Shown one piece after another: positions 59,686 to 64,000 of a stretch of 64,000 nt of DNA. Source of the DNA: Coraliomargaritaceae bacterium (GTDB lineage: Bacteria > Verrucomicrobiota > Verrucomicrobiia > Opitutales > Coraliomargaritaceae); NCBI GenBank assembly GCA_965656495.1, contig CBFHKU010000002.1, positions 160,001 to 224,000 of the forward strand. The letters run 5' to 3'. Position numbers and translations under genes: made by a program. Under the pieces are notes generated by a model, which had not been told where the DNA came from, searched no databases, and saw nothing but the letters and a program-made list of their open reading frames with translations. The stretch's first letter is position 1. Each line of letters starts with the position of its first letter.

Positions 59686-60602
59686 CGCACCGGCCCCATT
59701 GCATCGCCCGCAGTCACCGGCGCCCCGTCGCAAAGCAAGCCCGACCCCATCCGATTCAACTTCAAAATCGCCACCCCCGTCCATCCGGAATCCGTCGCAT
59801 ACGCGCTCCGCAATTCCCCCGCCGGGCGTTCCTCGCCCTCCCGCATCAAAGCCGCCGGTAATTCCGGAACCGAGCCCTCGCCCGATACACGATACAAACC
59901 CCGCCGCGCCTGTCCGAGATTGTGCATCCGTAAAATCGACTCCTGCCCCAAAAAACAACCCTTCGTCGTGCAGACCGCCTCGCCCACCAATCCGGCCTCA
60001 CCCGGCAGATCCGCCGCACCGAGTTCCCCGGGGATCGCCGGGTAGCCCGCCGCAATCCGTTCCAATTCAATCGACACTCCCTCCACCGCGTGCGCCCCCG
60101 CCGCCTGCAGTTTTACCACTGCCGCCTCCGCCGCCGCTACATCCTCAAAGCAGGCATCAAAATGCGCCCCGCGCGCGCGCCGCCCGGGATAACAAACCGC
60201 CCCTGCTCCTTCGATAAAACCACCCGCCTCCGGAACCGCGCCGAAAAGCTCCGACACCGCCCCCTCCGCGTCCTTCCCCTGCACCATCAAAAGCGTCGAT
60301 CCTTCAAGCACCTCCATCTCCACCTCATCCGCGATAATGTGCCGCTCCAGCATCTCCCGCATATCCTCCCCCCCGGTTCCCATACTCAGAATTTCAAAGG
60401 TCTCCGGGTCCCGGCACCACACCCAGCTGTCCGCTTGCACCTTCCCCTTCGCGTTCAGCCATAAACCATACACGCAGAGACCCGCCTCCGGTGTCCGCAG
60501 ATCCGCACTGAATTGACTGTTCAAAAAAGCGGCGGCATCTTCACCCCATATCCGCAAATGACACGCAGGCCTCGCCTTATAAAAACTCACAAATTCAGTC
60601 AT
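59682..60602 (-). CDS. ygfZ: Folate-binding protein YgfZ
   Basis: GEDAAAFLNSQFSAD, LNAKGK, KGCFLGQE signature. Confidence 0.9.
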   Translation of the reverse strand: MTEFVSFYKARPACHLRIWGEDAAAFLNSQFSADLRTPEAGLCVYGLWLNAKGKVQADSWVWCRDPETFEILSMGTGGEDMREMLERHIIADEVEMEVLEGSTLLMVQGKDAEGAVSELFGAVPEAGGFIEGAGAVCYPGRRARGAHFDACFEDVAAAEAAVVKLQAAGAHAVEGVSIELERIAAGYPAIPGELGAADLPGEAGLVGEAVCTTKGCFLGQESILRMHNLGQARRGLYRVSGEGSVPELPAALMREGEERPAGELRSAYATDSGWTGVAILKLNRMGSGLLCDGAPVTAGDAMGPVR

Positions 60603-60705
60603 CACCAATAAAGTTCCCAATTCTCAGGACTTTTTCAACCCTTCTTCCAAACTCCTTCAATTCAGACTTGTGACCACCCTCACCCTACTCTAATCATCCC
60701 CTCCT

Positions 60706-61758
<1,053 letters not shown>

Positions 61759-62006
61759 AAAGTAACCCACTGGCCAACCAATAGCATGGTGCCAGTGATG
61801 CCGTTTAAAAAGAAACGCATACCGGAGCTTCTCAGCTACGATACATTCATGCTTAGAGCGGTCGATGACATCGATGAGGACTAACGCTCCCAGATGGAGT
61901 GCGTGCACCGCATCAAAGTGAAGAACACTTCAATGTGGAAGCAGATCGGCAAACGAGCCGAGAGTGTTTCCTTACCCCTAAAGATTAAAGACCTGAGTTA
62001 ATAGAA

Positions 62007-63149
62007 TCAGGGAGCTAATTTTGCAGGCTCTTCAAGTATTTCCAAAACAGCCTCAGCATGATAGACGCGGTCGCGCTTCGAATGACCCACTTGCTTCATA
62101 ATGCCCTTACCTTCCAAAACCTTTATCGCTTTGCTAGCTGTATTAAAGGATACGCCTAACTCTTTTTCGAGACCTCGGGGCGTAATGTAAGGGTTGGCCG
62201 CCAGACTTTCTACGACATTGTAAGTCGCTTTTGGCGTGCTTCCGCTTACATCTGCCTTCCAACGTTCCAGTATAATGTTGATTCGCTCAGCACGACTTAA
62301 CGCATCTTCGCACTGACGAATAACGCCGTTTAGAAAATAATCGAACCATCCAGACCAGTCACCCTGAAAGCTCACCGCATTCAAGCGCTCATAGTAATTG
62401 CTCCGGCTGGCTTCGAAAAATGCGCTCAGATAAAGAAACGGACCGGGAAGCGCATTCCGTTCGCACAATAGCAAGGTGATGAGCAAACGACCAATTCGAC
62501 CGTTGCCATCCAAAAACGGGTGAATTACTTCAAACTGGTAATGCATCAAAGCGGCTGTCAGCAGGAGGGGAAGTTCAGAGGTATGTATAAAATTTTCCCA
62601 GTCGCCTAAACATTTATTTAGGAAGTCAGGGGGCGGAGGAACGAAGGAGGCCTCGCGAAGCGTGCATCCGGGTGTTCCAATCCAATTTTGTGTCTTCCGG
62701 AGTTCGCCTGGAGTGGCATGCTCTCCGCGAACACCAGTCATCAGGATTTCATGCATCTCGCGAACTAACCTAAGTGAAAGTGGCAGTTCGGCTGATCGGC
62801 GCAGACCATGCTCCAAAGCAGTTACATAATTACCAACTTCCCGTAAATCGTCGGGACTCCGTTCAACATTCGCACCAGCTTCAACCGCCAACAAATCCCC
62901 AAGAGTGGCCTGCGTCCCCTCAATGCGGCTCGAATATACAGCCTCACGCTTGATGAAGGGTCTTATGAACAAATGGGGATTTGGGAGTCTTCGCGCTTCG
63001 CCTCCGAGTCGCCCAAGAATCTGATCGGCGGCGGACAACTTCGTGACTAATGCCGGGCTCCATTCAATTTCAGGTGGTAGGCGATGCGGATAGAACGCCT
63101 TATAGCCTTCTAGCGTTTTTCGCCAGATGCCTGCTGTACTATTATCCAT
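62007..63149 (-). CDS. Fic family protein (class II-like) with C-terminal HTH
   Basis: HPFLDGNGRIGR catalytic motif; N-terminal SSRIEG inhibitory-type motif; C-terminal LGVSFNTASKAIKVL HTH. Confidence 0.93.
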   Translation of the reverse strand: MDNSTAGIWRKTLEGYKAFYPHRLPPEIEWSPALVTKLSAADQILGRLGGEARRLPNPHLFIRPFIKREAVYSSRIEGTQATLGDLLAVEAGANVERSPDDLREVGNYVTALEHGLRRSAELPLSLRLVREMHEILMTGVRGEHATPGELRKTQNWIGTPGCTLREASFVPPPPDFLNKCLGDWENFIHTSELPLLLTAALMHYQFEVIHPFLDGNGRIGRLLITLLLCERNALPGPFLYLSAFFEASRSNYYERLNAVSFQGDWSGWFDYFLNGVIRQCEDALSRAERINIILERWKADVSGSTPKATYNVVESLAANPYITPRGLEKELGVSFNTASKAIKVLEGKGIMKQVGHSKRDRVYHAEAVLEILEEPAKLAP

Positions 63150-63151
63150 AC

Positions 63152-63217
63152 TGAAATAATAAGACCTCTTATTTCACAAAAGTCAATATTCGTGAAATAA
63201 CATGAACCACTATTTCA
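63152..63217. promoter_or_regulatory. Tandem palindromic operators upstream of fic
   Basis: TGAAATA-N11-TATTTCA at both 63152-63176 and 63193-63217. Confidence 0.7.
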
Positions 63218-63331
63218 AATCGTGAGATTGCCCCCTGACATCCACATATCCTCCAATAGCGAAGCCGCTCTCGCCCCACTCTTTCAAGGCTAGTATAGCA
63301 AGGACCTTCCAAAAGAAGATATCAAAAGCCG

Positions 63332-64000
63332 TTAAGGATCTACTTCGATTTCGACCGCAAAAAAACGGGTGGTGTAATTTCCAGAATCTACTTGCGTCGA
63401 GTTACCGAGCAAGGAGCTGGTATGCACCGTAAAAGGCTGCAAGAGATCCTCTGTTGCCATGAGGCGATAAGTGACCCCATACGCACCCGGCCACTCCAAA
63501 TTGAACCGCTCTGCGTCAAACCTATCTATTTCGAGAAAGGGCAGCTGGAGATCTTCGGGGGCCGTTATCGCCGAAGTATTTCCAAGTACCGTCATACCAT
63601 CAGCGGCGGGCTCAGCGCGTATTGCCTGTGATAGCTGATAGACGATCGAAGCGTACTCAGGTTTCTCTGACAAATTAACGGTTTCCTGTGGGTCGTTGAC
63701 GTAATCGTATAGATCGGTAGCCACTCTATTGGCGCCATAGATCCATTCGATGTAGCGGAAACGTTGAGTGCGGTAGGCGTAACCAAAACCGTTTTTCCTG
63801 AAGACGCTTAGAGCGCCGTAATTAACATTGGCTTGTGGGTTTTGGAAAATTGGAATGAGGCTGCGCCCACGGAGGGAACGACCGGTAAGCTCTGTTTCGC
63901 TGTTAGGCTGTTCAGGGATAGGAATTCCGGCGAGCTCGCAAAGTGTAGGATAAATATCTAGGGAGTTCACGGGGCTTTCCACCAAGGCACCTCCGGAGGG
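63332..64000 (-). CDS. C-terminal part of an iduronate-sulfatase-like S1 sulfatase with an extra C-terminal domain (5'-truncated by window edge)
   Basis: LDIYPTLCELAGI, GRSL.P, RTQRFRYIEW, LYDY..DP.E..NL; the frame stays open to position 64000. Confidence 0.85.
   Translation of the reverse strand, partial: PSGGALVESPVNSLDIYPTLCELAGIPIPEQPNSETELTGRSLRGRSLIPIFQNPQANVNYGALSVFRKNGFGYAYRTQRFRYIEWIYGANRVATDLYDYVNDPQETVNLSEKPEYASIVYQLSQAIRAEPAADGMTVLGNTSAITAPEDLQLPFLEIDRFDAERFNLEWPGAYGVTYRLMATEDLLQPFTVHTSSLLGNSTQVDSGNYTTRFFAVEIEVDP

Noticed and set aside
61786..62001. In-frame 32-aa and 38-aa ORF pieces separated by one TAA (possible pseudogene)
   Set aside because: No recognizable similarity; could arise by chance.

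Overview
This looks like a Verrucomicrobiota (Opitutae/Puniceicoccaceae-like) chromosome segment; the assignment is inferred from the PEP-CTERM genes, sulfatase richness and gene order. A tRNA-Pro(TGG) at 38584-38660 divides it in two. Left part (1-36.7 kb) is an accessory glycan-degradation region with ten Cys-type sulfatases in two modules. Module A has two paralogous PEP-CTERM genes, six sulfatases (five with poly-Lys C-terminal tails) and a split hybrid two-component system. Five ungapped copies of a 40-bp motif built from 21-bp-spaced direct repeats link its transcription units, probably as the AraC-domain operator. Module B is a LacI-associated mannoside locus: GH38, HAD, ManA, AKR, an orphan clan GH-A-like protein, a GH99/71-like lipoprotein, an SSS transporter, a beta-helix protein and four sulfatases, with AAACGTTT-type palindromes. 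At the tRNA 3' end is a nested array of tRNA-end duplications, terminators and GCGAAGC-hairpin-rich modules, carrying an AAA/DUF4143 gene and a transposase scrap, with no integrase in the window. Right part is mostly housekeeping (pdxJ, recJ, secDF, yajC, menA, tonB/exbBD-like, tmk, holB, leuCD, HU, ygfZ, DAHP synthase). It includes an AT-rich PEP-CTERM gene between tmk and holB, and a Fic gene preceded by two TGAAATA-N11-TATTTCA operators. Family calls come from motif recognition by eye; no database search was run.
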